A stretch of 64,000 nt of DNA, from the NCBI GenBank assembly GCA_044345405.1, contig JBIJBE010000010.1:1-64000 (forward strand). The letters run 5' to 3'. The notes below the pieces were generated by a model, which did no database searches, was not told the origin of the DNA, and worked only from the letters and a program-made list of their open reading frames with translations. The stretch is from Bdellovibrionota bacterium (GTDB taxonomy: Bacteria > Bdellovibrionota_C > UBA2361 > OMII01). Within the stretch, counting starts at the first letter, position 1. The number at the start of each line of letters is the position of its first letter. This document shows positions 1 through 11,370 of this stretch, piece by piece. Both the position numbers and the translations under genes were made by a program.

Positions 1-1083
1 GTGTACTCGGGTACCGTATCCGCTGGCTCGACTGTTCTTAACTCCACTCGTGACAAGAAGGAGCGTATCGGACGTGTAGTTCGTATGCACGCTGACAAAC
101 GAGAGGAAGTTTCGGAGGTATTGGCCGGAGATATCGGCGCCGCTGTAGGTCTTAAAGAGACCATTACCGGAGATACACTCTGTGACGTTGATAAGCCGAT
201 CGTTCTTGAGTCAATTCATGCTCCAGCACCGGTAATCAGCATCGCAATCGAGCCAAAGACCAAGGCTGATGAGCAGAAGATGGGACTCTCCCTGATGAAG
301 CTCGCCAAGGAAGATCCATCCCTCAAGGTTAGCGTTGATAAAGAGTCGGGTCAGACCCTCATCTCAGGAATGGGAGAGCTTCACCTCGACATCATTAAGC
401 AACGTCTCTTCCGAGAGTTCGGCGTAGACACCACGGTAGGTAAGCCACAAGTGGCGTACCGTGAGACGATCCTTAACAAGGCTGAGGCTGAAGTTAAGTA
501 CGCTAAGCAGACCGGTGGTCGCGGACAATTCGGGCACGTGTTGCTCAAAGTTGAGCCGCTTGAGCCAGGTTCTGGATTTGAATTTGTTGATGAGATTAAG
601 GGAGGCATTATCCCGAAAGAGTTCATCCCGGCTGTCGAAGATGGCGTTGAAGGCGCCCTCGAAGGTGGAATCCTTGCTGGATTCCCTGTAATCGACCTCC
701 GAGTGACGCTCTACTACGGAAGCTTCCACGAGGTTGACTCGAGTGAGATCGCGTTCAAGATCGCAGGCTCCATGTGCGTTAAGGAAGCTTGCCATAAGGC
801 GAAGATTCAGTTGCTTGAGCCAGTCATGTCTGTGGAAGTCGTATGTCCCGACGATTTCGTCAGCAATATCGTAGGTGACCTGAACCGACGACGTGCACGT
901 ATTCTTGGCATGGAGCCGAGAGCAGGTGCTCAGACGGTGAAGTGTGAGGTACCGCTGGCCGAGATGTTCGGCTACTCAACGGACCTTCGTTCAAACTCAC
1001 AAGGGCGAGCCACCTTCACTATGGAGTACCACCACTACGCAGCCGTGCCGCAACACGTCGCGGAGAGCGTAGCTAAGAAGTAA
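1..1083 (+). CDS. fusA: Elongation factor G (5'-partial; begins upstream of the window)
   Basis: [29 protein letters not shown] and SFHEVDSSE motifs; directly upstream of tuf. Confidence 0.97.
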   Translation: MYSGTVSAGSTVLNSTRDKKERIGRVVRMHADKREEVSEVLAGDIGAAVGLKETITGDTLCDVDKPIVLESIHAPAPVISIAIEPKTKADEQKMGLSLMKLAKEDPSLKVSVDKESGQTLISGMGELHLDIIKQRLFREFGVDTTVGKPQVAYRETILNKAEAEVKYAKQTGGRGQFGHVLLKVEPLEPGSGFEFVDEIKGGIIPKEFIPAVEDGVEGALEGGILAGFPVIDLRVTLYYGSFHEVDSSEIAFKIAGSMCVKEACHKAKIQLLEPVMSVEVVCPDDFVSNIVGDLNRRRARILGMEPRAGAQTVKCEVPLAEMFGYSTDLRSNSQGRATFTMEYHHYAAVPQHVAESVAKK

Positions 1084-1120
1084 TTTATTGGTGTCTTGTT
1101 TAACTTAACCGGAGATAATC

Positions 1121-2317
1121 ATGTCAAATAAGAAGTTTGATAGAACCAAAGCTCACGTGAACGTCGGAACGATCGGTCACGTAGACCACGGTAAGACGAC
1201 GACCACAGCTGCTCTTGTATCCGTACAAGCTGCTAAGGGTCTCGCTACTGTGAAGTCCTACAAGGACATCGCTAAGGGCGGAACAGTTCGTGATGACAGC
1301 AAGACTGTAACGATCGCGTCAGCTCACGTAGAGTACGAAACAGCAACCCGCCACTACGCTCACGTAGATTGCCCGGGCCACGCTGACTACGTTAAGAACA
1401 TGATTACGGGCGCGGCTCAGATGGACGGAGCTATCCTCGTAGTAAGCGCTTCTGACGGACCTATGCCTCAGACCCGTGAGCACATCCTCCTCGCTCGTCA
1501 GGTAGGAGTTCCTAAGATCGTTGTGTTCCTTAACAAGGTAGACACAGTTGATGATCCTGAGCTTCTCGACCTCGTTGAGATGGAAGTTCGTGACCTCCTC
1601 TCAGAGTACGACTACCCAGGAGCTGATACTCCAGTAGTTCGTGGATCCGCTCTTAAGGCGCTCCAAGGTGAGGCTTCCGATATCGGCGTAGGCGCTTTCG
1701 ACAAGCTCCTCGCTACGATCGACGAGTACATCCCAGTTCCTCAGCGTGATATCGACAAGCCATTCCTCATGCCAGTTGAGGACGTGTTCTCGATCGCTGG
1801 TCGTGGAACTGTAGCAACAGGCCGTATCGAGCGTGGTAAGATCAAGGTTGGTGAGGAAGTTGAGATCGTTGGTCTCCGCGACACCGCCAAGACCGTAGTA
1901 ACCGGCGTTGAGATGTTCAAGAAGCTCCTCGACGAAGGACATGCTGGTGATAACGTTGGATGTCTCCTTCGTGGTCTCAAGCGTGACGACGTAGAGCGTG
2001 GACAGATCCTCTGCCTTCCTGGCTCTGTTAAGCCTCACAAGAAGTTCAAGGCTGAGGCTTACATCCTTAAGAAGGAAGAGGGTGGACGTCATAAGCCATT
2101 CTTCTCCGGATACCGACCTCAGTTCTTCTTCCGAACAACTGACGTAACTGGTTCCATCAAGCTCCCAGAGGGTGTTGAGATGGCTATGCCGGGCGACCAC
2201 ATCAACGTTGATGTTGAGCTCTACCAGCCAATCGGTATCGAGAAGACTCTCCGTTTCGCTATCCGTGAGGGTGGTAAGACGGTAGGTTCTGGAGTTGTAA
2301 CTGAGATCACTGAGTAG
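1121..2317 (+). CDS. tuf: Elongation factor Tu (atypical switch I)
   Basis: [34 protein letters not shown] and FAIREGG motifs; GGAG RBS. Confidence 0.99.
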   Translation: MSNKKFDRTKAHVNVGTIGHVDHGKTTTTAALVSVQAAKGLATVKSYKDIAKGGTVRDDSKTVTIASAHVEYETATRHYAHVDCPGHADYVKNMITGAAQMDGAILVVSASDGPMPQTREHILLARQVGVPKIVVFLNKVDTVDDPELLDLVEMEVRDLLSEYDYPGADTPVVRGSALKALQGEASDIGVGAFDKLLATIDEYIPVPQRDIDKPFLMPVEDVFSIAGRGTVATGRIERGKIKVGEEVEIVGLRDTAKTVVTGVEMFKKLLDEGHAGDNVGCLLRGLKRDDVERGQILCLPGSVKPHKKFKAEAYILKKEEGGRHKPFFSGYRPQFFFRTTDVTGSIKLPEGVEMAMPGDHINVDVELYQPIGIEKTLRFAIREGGKTVGSGVVTEITE

Positions 2318-2340
2318 TCCTCAAATCTCACGTAACTCAA

Positions 2341-2380
2341 AAGGGGCAGCGGGGCCCGAAACGGCCCCGCTGCTGTCTTT
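2341..2380 (+). terminator. GC-rich hairpin after tuf, probable terminator or attenuator
   Basis: GCAGCGGGGCC-cgaaac-GGCCCCGCTGC followed by tgtcttt (weak U tract). Confidence 0.65.
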
Positions 2381-2446
2381 AGAAAGGTTTGGATCAAGGT
2401 TGTTCACGCGAAAAAGTTTCTAAACTTGAAAGTAAAGGATTGAGCC

Positions 2447-2761
2447 ATGATTGGCGGGCAGTTAATTAGAATTCGACTTAAGGGTTACGACCACAAGCTG
2501 TTGGACTCAGCTGTGGGAGAGATCGTGCAGACAGTACGCCGCACCGGTGGCCGTGTAGCAGGCCCGATTCCGCTTCCGACGCGCATTGTGAAGTTCACGG
2601 TTAACCGTTCACCCTTCATCGACAAGAAGTCTCGTGAGCAGTTCGAAATCCGTACACACAAGCGACTTTTGGACATTTTAGAGCCAACTCAGCAGACGAT
2701 CGATGAGTTGGGTAAGCTTGAGCTCTCAACGGGAATCGACGTTGAGATTAAGCTTCAGTAA
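2447..2761 (+). CDS. rpsJ: 30S ribosomal protein S10
   Basis: [28 protein letters not shown]. Confidence 0.98.
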   Translation: MIGGQLIRIRLKGYDHKLLDSAVGEIVQTVRRTGGRVAGPIPLPTRIVKFTVNRSPFIDKKSREQFEIRTHKRLLDILEPTQQTIDELGKLELSTGIDVEIKLQ

Positions 2762-2794
2762 GCGATAGGCAGTTTTTATCGAGAGGACCTCTTC

Positions 2795-3454
2795 ATGAGT
2801 ACTTCAAAACACTTCCCAGAAGGGCTTTTAGGAAAGAAGTTGGGAATGACGCAGGTGTTCACACCAGAAGGTGCGAGCATCCCAGTTACCATCATTCAGG
2901 CCGGGCCATGTTACGTTCTCGACGTTCGAGGACAGGAGAGCCACGGATACAACGCGGTGCAGTTCGGTTTCGAGCCGAAGAAAGCTCAACGTTGCTCCAA
3001 GGCAGAGGCTGGACAGTTCAAGAAAGCCGCCCAGGGCTCATTCTACCACGTTAAGGAAGTTCGCTGCGATGTGCAGGGACTTGGCTGGGGCGAGGTAGGG
3101 AAGGAGATCAAGGTTGGTGACGTCTTCAAGGATGGAGAGGTCGTTGACGTGTCGGGCGTATCGATCGGCCGCGGATTCCAGGGCGTAGTTCGTCGCCACC
3201 ACATGAAGGGTCAGCCAATGACTCGTGGTACGCACGAGGTTCGACGTCACGTTGGAGCCGTTGGTTGCCGTAAGTTCCCAGGACGAATCTTCAAGAATCA
3301 GCGCATGCCAGGACGCATGGGTGGTGAGAACGTTACCGTTCAGAACCTCCAGGTAGTTGGTGTTCGCGCTGAGGAGAACATCCTTCTTGTGAGGGGTGGT
3401 ATTCCAGGCGCTCGCGGAAGCCTCGTTGTAATCCGTAAGGCTAAGAAGCAGTAA
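2795..3454 (+). CDS. rplC: 50S ribosomal protein L3
   Basis: GKKLGMTQVF, GRGFQGVVRRH, MPGRMG; operon order. Confidence 0.97.
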   Translation: MSTSKHFPEGLLGKKLGMTQVFTPEGASIPVTIIQAGPCYVLDVRGQESHGYNAVQFGFEPKKAQRCSKAEAGQFKKAAQGSFYHVKEVRCDVQGLGWGEVGKEIKVGDVFKDGEVVDVSGVSIGRGFQGVVRRHHMKGQPMTRGTHEVRRHVGAVGCRKFPGRIFKNQRMPGRMGGENVTVQNLQVVGVRAEENILLVRGGIPGARGSLVVIRKAKKQ

Positions 3455-3472
3455 GGGGCTCGGAGGTAAACT

Positions 3473-4135
3473 ATGACTTCAGAAGTTTTAAGCACAAAGT
3501 TGTATGACGCATCCGGCAAGGAGAAGGGTTCAGTAGCTCTTCCGGCCGTGTTGGTTTCGTCAGTTGTTAAGTCTGAGCTCGTTCATTGTGCCATTCGTTG
3601 GCAGCGCGCTAAGCGTCGTGCTGGTACGCACGATGTTCTTACCCGAAGCGAGATCAAGGGTGGCGCTAAGAAGCCATTCAAGCAAAAGGGAACTGGTAAC
3701 GCTCGAGCGGGTAGCTCCGTGTCACCTTTGATGGTGGGTGGAGCCGTGGTTCACGGACCAACCCCTCGTAAGTACGACTTCCGTCTCTCGAAGAAGATGA
3801 AGAAGGGCGCTCTCACATCGGCTTTCGCTGTAAAGGTGGGCCAAGAGAGCATCCTCGTTGTTGAGGGAATGACAGGAGTAACTGGTAAGACTAAGGATGC
3901 CGCCGCTCTTCTTGAGAAGCTTGGCGTATCTGGTCAGAAGGTTATGGTGATCGTTCCGAACGAGGCGACCGAGGAGCGTAACAAGTTCGTGTTGAGCTTC
4001 AGGAATATCGAGCGGGTAACCGTGGTTCCAGTGGCCGGCGTTAACGTATACGACCTTATCAACGCGAAGAAGGTAGTATGTGTCAGTGCAGCGCTTAACG
4101 AGCTTGAGGCTCGCGTAGGCAAGGCGGCTGAGTAG
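3473..4135 (+). CDS. rplD: 50S ribosomal protein L4
   Basis: KPFKQKGTGNARAGS motif. Confidence 0.97.
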   Translation: MTSEVLSTKLYDASGKEKGSVALPAVLVSSVVKSELVHCAIRWQRAKRRAGTHDVLTRSEIKGGAKKPFKQKGTGNARAGSSVSPLMVGGAVVHGPTPRKYDFRLSKKMKKGALTSAFAVKVGQESILVVEGMTGVTGKTKDAAALLEKLGVSGQKVMVIVPNEATEERNKFVLSFRNIERVTVVPVAGVNVYDLINAKKVVCVSAALNELEARVGKAAE

Positions 4136-4153
4136 TTTCAGTAGGAAGGACGT

Positions 4154-4477
4154 ATGGCTAAGAAGAAAGTAGCTACTGCACAGGCAAAGGTAAGCGACTA
4201 CGGTATCTTGCTCTCCCCAGTTATCACTGAGAAGAGCGCATCCGTTGGCGTTCCAGGACGAACTGTTTCGTTCAAGGTTGATCCACGAGCTTCGAAGGAA
4301 GAGATCCGTGGCGCTATTGAGCGAGTGTTCTCCGTGAAGGTAGAGGGCGTAAGAACCTGCCGATTCATCGGTAAGACGAAGCGCACCGCGAAGGGACTTG
4401 GAAAGAGAGCTGGTTTCAAGAAGGCGTATGTGACCCTCGTTGAGGGAAGCAAGATCGACCTTGTTGAGGGCTTATAA
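4154..4477 (+). CDS. rplW: 50S ribosomal protein L23
   Basis: PVITEKS, KKAYVTL. Confidence 0.96.
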   Translation: MAKKKVATAQAKVSDYGILLSPVITEKSASVGVPGRTVSFKVDPRASKEEIRGAIERVFSVKVEGVRTCRFIGKTKRTAKGLGKRAGFKKAYVTLVEGSKIDLVEGL

Positions 4478-4494
4478 TCAGATTGAGGTAGGAA

Positions 4495-5319
4495 ATGGCT
4501 CTTAGAAATTTTAAACCATTCACACCGACTCGTCGTTACCTGACGGTCTCCGATTTCTCGGAGATCACCACGGATCGACCGGAGAAGGGGTTGCTTGCGA
4601 AGTACTCCAAGACGGGTGGTCGCAACAACTACGGACGTAACACGAACATCAACAAGGGTGGTGGGCACAAGCGCCGTTACCGTCTCGTTGATTTCGCTCG
4701 TGACAAAGTTGGAATCAAGGCTACGGTTAAGACGATTGAGTACGATCCGAATCGGTCGGCTCGTATCGCTCTGGTAGTATACTCGGACGGCGAGAAGCGT
4801 TATATTCTTGCTCCGCAAGGATTAGCGGTTGGACAGGTCATTAGCGCTGGTCCAGACGCTGAGATCAAGCCAGGTAACGCGTTGCCTCTTCGAGCTGTTC
4901 CGCTTGGAGAGAACATCCACAACATCGAGCTCAAGATCAAAGGCGGAGCGCAACTTGTTCGGTCGGCTGGTGCCGCCGCGCAGCTTGTAGCTAAGGAAGG
5001 TGAGTACGCGACCGTTAAGTTGCCTTCAGGTGAGACCCGTAAGGTTTCCCTCGAGTGTTACGCTTCAATCGGTTCAGTCAGTAACCCTGACCACCAGAAC
5101 GTGATGATCGGTAAGGCTGGACGAAGCCGATGGCTTAATCGTCGTCCTCATAACCGAGGCGTTACGAAGAATCCAGTGGATCACCCAATGGGAGGAGGAG
5201 AAGGTAAGTCGGCCGGAGGTCGTCATCCTTGTTCGCCTAAGGGGCTCTTGGCTAAGGGTCTTAGGACTCGTAAGAACAAGCGCACTCAGAAGTTTATTGT
5301 ACGACGACGTAGTAAGTAG
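4495..5319 (+). CDS. rplB: 50S ribosomal protein L2
   Basis: [25 protein letters not shown]. Confidence 0.98.
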   Translation: MALRNFKPFTPTRRYLTVSDFSEITTDRPEKGLLAKYSKTGGRNNYGRNTNINKGGGHKRRYRLVDFARDKVGIKATVKTIEYDPNRSARIALVVYSDGEKRYILAPQGLAVGQVISAGPDAEIKPGNALPLRAVPLGENIHNIELKIKGGAQLVRSAGAAAQLVAKEGEYATVKLPSGETRKVSLECYASIGSVSNPDHQNVMIGKAGRSRWLNRRPHNRGVTKNPVDHPMGGGEGKSAGGRHPCSPKGLLAKGLRTRKNKRTQKFIVRRRSK

Positions 5320-5334
5320 TTTTAGGGGGCACTC

Positions 5335-5604
5335 ATGGCTCGTTCGATTAAGAAAGGACCGTTCATAGATAAGAGCTTGTTGAAGTGGATCGAGAGGTCA
5401 AAGTCTGGAGCTCACAAGGGCCCGATCAAGACCTGGTCTCGTCGCTCGACGATTACTCCGGACATGATCGGCTTGACCTTCGCTGTCCACAACGGACGGA
5501 AGTTCAACGCTGTGTTCGTTACGGAGAACATGGTCGGTCACAAGTTGGGTGAGTTCTCCGCGACGAGAACCTACCACGGACACTCCGCTAAGGCCGCTTC
5601 GTAA
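5335..5604 (+). CDS. rpsS: 30S ribosomal protein S19
   Basis: [24 protein letters not shown]. Confidence 0.98.
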   Translation: MARSIKKGPFIDKSLLKWIERSKSGAHKGPIKTWSRRSTITPDMIGLTFAVHNGRKFNAVFVTENMVGHKLGEFSATRTYHGHSAKAAS

Positions 5605-5646
5605 TCGAGGCGCTAGGAGAGGGATACAGGAAGTAAGGGTTGCTAT

Positions 5647-6018
5647 ATGACTAAGAAAGCACAAAAGCAAACAACGGCGGGCGGTGAAGTAACTCGCGCA
5701 ACGTTAAAGCAGATTCGGATGTCGCCTCGTAAGGCGCGCCTCGTGATCGATTTGATCCGTGGAAAGCAGGTTGAGCCAGCTCTCCAGATCCTTCAGTTCT
5801 CCACTAAGAAGGGCGCGAAGTTCGCGCACAAGTTGCTCCAGTCGGCTATCGCCAACGCTCGTGAGCACGCTCGTGCGGACGTTGACCGCTTGTGGGTAAC
5901 CGCTGGATGGGTTGACGAGGGACAGACCCTCAAGCGTTTCATGCCAGCGGCTCATGGTCGCGCGACTCCAATTCGCAAGCGATCCTCTCACATGACTATC
6001 GTTCTCGGTGAGAAGTAA
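5647..6018 (+). CDS. rplV: 50S ribosomal protein L22
   Basis: RMSPRKARLVIDLIRGK, IRKRSSH. Confidence 0.97.
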   Translation: MTKKAQKQTTAGGEVTRATLKQIRMSPRKARLVIDLIRGKQVEPALQILQFSTKKGAKFAHKLLQSAIANAREHARADVDRLWVTAGWVDEGQTLKRFMPAAHGRATPIRKRSSHMTIVLGEK

Positions 6019-6041
6019 GATTTAGGTAAAGGAAGTCTGAT

Positions 6042-6704
6042 ATGGGACAAAAAGTTAATCCGAAAGGTCTGCGACTTGGAATTATCGAGGGCTGGCAGTC
6101 GAAGTGGTTCGCCGGCAAGGATTTCGCTCGTTACATCGGCGAAGACGTTAAGATCCGAAAGTTCGTTCGTAACAAGCTTCAGGCCGCTGGTATCTCTCGA
6201 GTAGAGATCGAGCGCGCAGCGGCTCGCGTAAAGGTAAACATCTACACCGCGAAGCCTGGCCTTGTTATCGGAAAGAAGGGTAAGGACATCGAAGACCTCC
6301 GCAAGGAGCTCAAGAATCTCGTTCAGCGTGATGTTAACTTGAGCATCGTAGAGGCTCGTAAGGCGGACAGCGACGCTCAGCTCGTAGCTGAGGGAATCGC
6401 GTTCCAGCTTGAGCGACGTGTAAACTTCCGTCGCGCTATGAAGGAAGCGGTTGGACGCGCGCAGCGTGTCGGAGCTGAGGGAATTAAGGTTCGTGTATCC
6501 GGTCGTTTGAACGGTGCCGAGATCGCTCGAACTGAGCAATATCGAGAGGGACGCGTTCCTCTTCACACACTTCGAGCTGAGATCGATTACGGTACAGCTG
6601 AGGCACAAACAACCTACGGCATCATCGGCGTTAAGGTTTGGGTGTTCAAGGGTGAGAAGTTCGCGCCAGGAGAGGAAGCCGCAGCAGAGGCAATTTCTCT
6701 GTAA
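6042..6704 (+). CDS. rpsC: 30S ribosomal protein S3
   Basis: [29 protein letters not shown]. Confidence 0.98.
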   Translation: MGQKVNPKGLRLGIIEGWQSKWFAGKDFARYIGEDVKIRKFVRNKLQAAGISRVEIERAAARVKVNIYTAKPGLVIGKKGKDIEDLRKELKNLVQRDVNLSIVEARKADSDAQLVAEGIAFQLERRVNFRRAMKEAVGRAQRVGAEGIKVRVSGRLNGAEIARTEQYREGRVPLHTLRAEIDYGTAEAQTTYGIIGVKVWVFKGEKFAPGEEAAAEAISL

Positions 6705-6739
6705 CCTGAAGGTTTGAAAGTTTGTCGTTGGAGTAAGTT

Positions 6740-7165
6740 ATGTTGCAGCCAAAGAAGCCGCGCTATCGCAAACAGATGAAGTTGTACCGCCACCTCAAGA
6801 TCAAAGAGACTCGTGGTTGTACGTTGGAATTCGGTGAGTTTGGCCTCCGAGCTATGGAGCCAGGATGGGTCACAAACCGACAGATCGAGGCAGCTCGTCA
6901 GACCATGGTTCGTCACATTAAGCGTGGCGGTAAGGTTTGGCTCAAAGTTTATCCGGACAAACCCCTCACCAAAAAGCCAGCCGAAGTGCGAATGGGTAAA
7001 GGAAAGGGGTCGGTAGAGGTTTGGGTTGCTGAGGTTAAATCCGGAAGAATCATGTATGAAATCACCGGAGTAGCTGAGAAGTTGGCGGTTGAGGCGTTGG
7101 AGCTTGCTGCGGCAAAGCTCCCGATCAAGACCAAGATCGTTATCCGGAGCAGCAGCTTGATTTAA
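6740..7165 (+). CDS. rplP: 50S ribosomal protein L16
   Basis: [21 protein letters not shown]. Confidence 0.97.
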   Translation: MLQPKKPRYRKQMKLYRHLKIKETRGCTLEFGEFGLRAMEPGWVTNRQIEAARQTMVRHIKRGGKVWLKVYPDKPLTKKPAEVRMGKGKGSVEVWVAEVKSGRIMYEITGVAEKLAVEALELAAAKLPIKTKIVIRSSSLI

Positions 7166-7225
7166 GCTGAAGAAACAGTCATAGTTCGGCCTCATTTTGG
7201 CCGCGGTACAGTAGGTAGTAGGATT

Positions 7226-7426
7226 ATGAAACGGCGAGACTTTTTGAAGGAAATCGCAGGATTAGACAAGACTGCGTTGCAGGGCAAGGCTAACCAGCTC
7301 GGTGAAGAGCTCATGCGTTTGCGCTTCAAGCAAGCTACGAACCAGCTTGAGAAGGGGCATCTTCTCAAGGAAACGCGACGACAACTTGCTCGCGTTCAGA
7401 CAGCTTTGACCAAGTTGTCCGCGTAA
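7226..7426 (+). CDS. rpmC: 50S ribosomal protein L29
   Basis: ELMRLRFKQAT...RRQLARVQT; operon order. Confidence 0.95.
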   Translation: MKRRDFLKEIAGLDKTALQGKANQLGEELMRLRFKQATNQLEKGHLLKETRRQLARVQTALTKLSA

Positions 7427-7467
7427 CGGTGGCTGCGTAAGGGAATTACAGGGAAATAGGTAGTACT

Positions 7468-7788
7468 ATGGCAGAGGCAAAAACAAAAAAGACGAGCGCG
7501 AAGGCAGCTAAGGCTCCAGCGGCAGCAACCGAAGAGACTCGCGGTAACCGCAAGACACAAGATGGTGTTGTTGTAAGCGCGAAGATGGACAAGACGGTAG
7601 TAGTCGCCGTTGTTCGTCAGGTTCGCCACGCGACCTACGGAAAGTTTGTTCGTAAGACAAAGAAATTTTACGCACACGACGAAGCTCGTACGTGCGGAGT
7701 TGGTGACAAGGTTCGTATCGTTGAGACACGCCCGCTTAGCAAGCTTAAGCGATGGAAGGTCGAGTCGATCCTGACCAAGGCAGTGTAA
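7468..7788 (+). CDS. rpsQ: 30S ribosomal protein S17
   Basis: [25 protein letters not shown]; Lys/Ala-rich N-terminal extension. Confidence 0.97.
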   Translation: MAEAKTKKTSAKAAKAPAAATEETRGNRKTQDGVVVSAKMDKTVVVAVVRQVRHATYGKFVRKTKKFYAHDEARTCGVGDKVRIVETRPLSKLKRWKVESILTKAV

Positions 7789-7818
7789 CGTAGTGACGTT
7801 TTAGGGCAGTGAAGGGAT

Positions 7819-8187
7819 ATGATTCAGTTAAAGTCAGTGCTCGATGTAGCAGATAACTCGGGTGCCAAGAAGGTAGTGTGCGTAAAGGTACTTGGTGGAA
7901 GCCGCCGCCGTTACGCGTCCGTTGGAGATGTTATCGTAGTAGCGGTCCGCGAAGCGATTCCAAATTCCAAGATTGCCAAGGGCTCAGTTCATAAGGCCGT
8001 AATCGTGCGTACCGCCAAGGAGGTAGCGCGTGAGGATGGTTCTTTCATTCGATTCGACGACAACAGCGCAGTTCTTATCAACGCTAACCAAGAGCCGGTT
8101 GGAACTCGTATCTTCGGACCAGTAGCTCGTGAGCTCCGTGGTAAGAAGTTCATGAAGATCGTCTCATTAGCGCCTGAGGTGCTGTAG
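7819..8187 (+). CDS. rplN: 50S ribosomal protein L14
   Basis: [28 protein letters not shown]. Confidence 0.98.
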   Translation: MIQLKSVLDVADNSGAKKVVCVKVLGGSRRRYASVGDVIVVAVREAIPNSKIAKGSVHKAVIVRTAKEVAREDGSFIRFDDNSAVLINANQEPVGTRIFGPVARELRGKKFMKIVSLAPEVL

Positions 8188-8204
8188 TAGGTAGGAGGTG
8201 TAAC

Positions 8205-8597
8205 GTGGCTGCTAAGAGTTCAACAAAAAAAATAATCGAGCCAGTTCCAACGGCACTCAAGAAGGGTGATGTTGTGATTGTTATCGCCGGTGGCAACAAG
8301 AATAAGCGTCCCCTCAAGGGACAGGTTGCTAAGATCAAGGCGATCGTTGGAGACAAGAACGACCGTGTAGTGCTTGAGGGACTTAATCTCTTCACTAAGC
8401 ACAAGAAGGCGCTCGCTCCAGGGCAGGAGAGTGGAAAGATTCAGGTAGAGCGACCGATGCATATCTCGAACGTTATGTATTACGTCGAGAAGCTCAAAAA
8501 GCCTGTACGTCTCGTTAAGAGCACCTTAGCGGACGGCAAGAAGGTTCGTGGTTACAAAGATCCTTCAAGCAAGAAGTTTGTTCAGATTGACGGATAA
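8205..8597 (+). CDS. rplX: 50S ribosomal protein L24
   Basis: [11 protein letters not shown] (KOW), PMHISNV; GTG start with AGGAGG RBS. Confidence 0.96.
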   Translation: MAAKSSTKKIIEPVPTALKKGDVVIVIAGGNKNKRPLKGQVAKIKAIVGDKNDRVVLEGLNLFTKHKKALAPGQESGKIQVERPMHISNVMYYVEKLKKPVRLVKSTLADGKKVRGYKDPSSKKFVQIDG

Positions 8598-8614
8598 GGA
8601 GTGCTAAGGAAGTT

Positions 8615-9169
8615 ATGGATCGTTTGCAAGAGCACTACACAAAGAACGTAGTTCCAGCCTTGATGAAGAAGTTTAACTACTCTTCACCAATGCAGGTTCC
8701 AAAAATTACCAAGATCGTTTTGAACACCGGTGTTCGTGACGCGGTAGGAAACTCAAAGGCTATTCAATTCGTTGAGTACGCCATGACGACCATCGCTGGT
8801 CAGAAGCCAGTCGTTACTCGCGCTAAGAAGTCCATCGCAGCTTTCAAGTTGCGTGAGGGGCTCCCGATCGGAGTTATGGTTACTCTTCGAAAGAAGAGAA
8901 TGAACGATTTCTTGGACCGTCTCATCACGGTAGCTCTTCCTCGCGTAAGAGACTTCCGTGGAGTTCCTCGTAAGGGATTCGATGGGCGTGGAAACTACAC
9001 CATGGGCCTCAAGGAGCAGATCGTGTTCCCAGAGATCCAGATTGAGAAATTAGATCAAGTGCGCGGCATGGATGTCACGTTCGTGACGACAGCGAAGACC
9101 GACGAAGAGGGCTTCGAGTTGTTGGAGCTTATGGGAATGCCGTTTCGTAAGGTAGAGGCGAGGAATTAA
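8615..9169 (+). CDS. rplE: 50S ribosomal protein L5
   Basis: [30 protein letters not shown]. Confidence 0.98.
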   Translation: MDRLQEHYTKNVVPALMKKFNYSSPMQVPKITKIVLNTGVRDAVGNSKAIQFVEYAMTTIAGQKPVVTRAKKSIAAFKLREGLPIGVMVTLRKKRMNDFLDRLITVALPRVRDFRGVPRKGFDGRGNYTMGLKEQIVFPEIQIEKLDQVRGMDVTFVTTAKTDEEGFELLELMGMPFRKVEARN

Positions 9170-9172
9170 GTT

Positions 9173-9571
9173 ATGATTAACGATCACGTATCCGACATGA
9201 TCACTCGAATCCGGAACGGTCAACGTGCCGGACACCGTTCGGTTCTTGTTACCGCGTCAAAGCTCAACAAGAACGTTCTTGAGGTTCTTACTCGTGAGGG
9301 ACTCATCGAGGGATTTGAGGCGGCAATAGACGCTCAAGACCACAGCGCAATCAAGGTTAACTTGAAGTACTTCGCGAGTGGACGTCCAGTAATCAGCAGA
9401 GCTGTTCGAGTTTCGCGACCAGGGTGCCGCAAGTACTCTCGAACTGAGAAGCTTCCGAAGGTAAGCAGCGGTCTTGGTATCTCGATCGTTTCAACCTCCA
9501 AGGGAGTTTTGGCTGACCATGAGGCTCGTAAGCTCAAGGTTGGTGGCGAAGTTATCGCGCTCTTCGGATAA
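9173..9571 (+). CDS. rpsH: 30S ribosomal protein S8
   Basis: DMITRIRN, SRPGCRKY, STSKGV, GGEVI. Confidence 0.97.
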   Translation: MINDHVSDMITRIRNGQRAGHRSVLVTASKLNKNVLEVLTREGLIEGFEAAIDAQDHSAIKVNLKYFASGRPVISRAVRVSRPGCRKYSRTEKLPKVSSGLGISIVSTSKGVLADHEARKLKVGGEVIALFG

Positions 9572-9590
9572 GATTTGAGAGAGGTGTATC

Positions 9591-10127
9591 ATGTCACGTA
9601 TCGGTAAATTACCTGTTGCCATTCCTTCTGGAGTAAAAGGCGCAGTAGCGGGTGGTGTAGTTTCTGTTGAAGGCCCGAAGGGCAAGCTGTCCTACACGAT
9701 TCGACCAGGAGTCGCGGTTGAGGTAGCTGACGGCAAGTTCGTTGTTTCGATGATCGGAACTGATTTGCAGGCTAAGGCGGACTATGGTACCGCTCGCGCG
9801 ACTATCAACAATATGGTTAAGGGCGTGAGCGCTGGGTGGAAGAAGACCCTCGAGCTTAACGGCGTTGGGTTCAACGCTAAGCTTCAAGGCCAGAAGTTGG
9901 TTCTCGCGGTTGGTTTCTCGCACGATGTTACGATGGACGTTCCAAGCGCGATTAAGTGCAACGTTCAGAAGAACTCGATTGAGATGGAGTCCGCTGATCG
10001 AGAGATTCTCGGTACATTCGCGGCGAAGGTTCGTGACGTTCAGCCTCCAGAGCCTTATCTCGGAAAGGGTATCAAGTACTCTGACGAGAAGGTACGTCGT
10101 AAGGCTGGTAAGACCGGTAAGAAGTAA
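9591..10127 (+). CDS. rplF: 50S ribosomal protein L6
   Basis: MSRIGK, PPEPYLGKGIKY, RRKAGK. Confidence 0.98.
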   Translation: MSRIGKLPVAIPSGVKGAVAGGVVSVEGPKGKLSYTIRPGVAVEVADGKFVVSMIGTDLQAKADYGTARATINNMVKGVSAGWKKTLELNGVGFNAKLQGQKLVLAVGFSHDVTMDVPSAIKCNVQKNSIEMESADREILGTFAAKVRDVQPPEPYLGKGIKYSDEKVRRKAGKTGKK

Positions 10128-10154
10128 TCGGTAAGTTGTAGGAGTAGGGGCCGT

Positions 10155-10562
10155 ATGGCAACGCAAGGCAAGAAAGTAGCAGCAACCTCACGAGAGAAGA
10201 GGAAGCTTAGAATTCGTAAGAAAGTGGTCGGCACCGTTGAGCGACCGCGTTTGAGCATCTTCCGGAGCTCAAAGCACACCTACGCTCAGGTTATCGCTGA
10301 TGATGGTCAGAAGACCTTGGCGAGCGCTTCGACGCTCGACAAGGATGTTCAGGCTGAGATCGCTAAGCTCGCTAAGGGCGAGGGCGTTAAGACGGGAAGC
10401 ACAAAGTCGATGGTAGCCGCTCGCGCGGTTGGTATCGTACTCGCTAACCGATCAAAGGCCGCGAAGATCGACAGCGTGGTATTTGACAGAAACGGTTTCC
10501 TCTACACGGGACGAGTGAAGGCTCTTGCCGACGCCGCTCGCGAGACCGGTCTTGTATTCTAA
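10155..10562 (+). CDS. rplR: 50S ribosomal protein L18
   Basis: [34 protein letters not shown]. Confidence 0.97.
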   Translation: MATQGKKVAATSREKRKLRIRKKVVGTVERPRLSIFRSSKHTYAQVIADDGQKTLASASTLDKDVQAEIAKLAKGEGVKTGSTKSMVAARAVGIVLANRSKAAKIDSVVFDRNGFLYTGRVKALADAARETGLVF

Positions 10563-10589
10563 GGGTACTGATTTTTAGTTCGGAGACGT

Positions 10590-11126
10590 ATGGCTTTTAA
10601 AGATATCCTCGACAAGCGAAGAGTGACCCTTGATCAGTGTGGTGAACTCACTGATAAGACCGTTTTCATCAACCGTGTATCGAAAGTAGTTAAGGGAGGT
10701 CGCCGATTCAGCTTCAGCGCTCTCGTGGTTACTGGTGATGGCCGCGGACACATCGGATTCGGCTTGGGTAAGTCTGTTGAAGTTCCGGATGCTATCCGCA
10801 AGGCTTCTGAGCAGGCTCGTAAGCGCATGATAAAGGTGCCGCTTAAGGGGACAACTATCCCTCACGATATCATCGGTAAAGCCGGACCTTCATCCGTCGT
10901 GATGAAGCCAGGCGCTCCAGGAACTGGAGTTATCGCTGGTGCCGCTGTTCGTGCCGTTATGGACGTATGCGGAATCAAAGATATCCGTACGAAGTGCCTC
11001 GGTTCGACGACCGCTCAAAACGTTCTTCAAGCCGTTGTGATGGGACTTCTCTGCCTCGAGGAGCCAGAGGTTGTCGCGGCGGTTCGTGGCGTGAAGCTTG
11101 AGGAGATGGGATACCACCCGTATTAA
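10590..11126 (+). CDS. rpsE: 30S ribosomal protein S5
   Basis: NRVSKVVKGGRRFSFSALVV, GTGVIAG. Confidence 0.97.
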   Translation: MAFKDILDKRRVTLDQCGELTDKTVFINRVSKVVKGGRRFSFSALVVTGDGRGHIGFGLGKSVEVPDAIRKASEQARKRMIKVPLKGTTIPHDIIGKAGPSSVVMKPGAPGTGVIAGAAVRAVMDVCGIKDIRTKCLGSTTAQNVLQAVVMGLLCLEEPEVVAAVRGVKLEEMGYHPY

Positions 11127-11152
11127 TCAAGGCGGGACTGGTAGAGTAAAGG

Positions 11153-11347
11153 ATGGCGAATATGAGCAAGAAGGTAGTTATCAAGCAAGTTCGTAGCGAT
11201 GTAGGTTGTGTTCCTGCGGTACGAAGCACCATCAAGGCGATTGGCCTTGGTCGTATCGGAAAGTCGCGAGAGATCGTAGCTAATGATGCGGTTTTGGGAA
11301 TGCTTCGTCGTGTTTCGCACCTCATCCAAGTTACACCAGTCAAGTAA
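11153..11347 (+). CDS. rpmD: 50S ribosomal protein L30
   Basis: KQVRS...TIKAIGL...GMLRRVSHL; operon order. Confidence 0.94.
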   Translation: MANMSKKVVIKQVRSDVGCVPAVRSTIKAIGLGRIGKSREIVANDAVLGMLRRVSHLIQVTPVK

Positions 11348-11370
11348 ATTAAGAAGTAGTGAGGTCCAAG

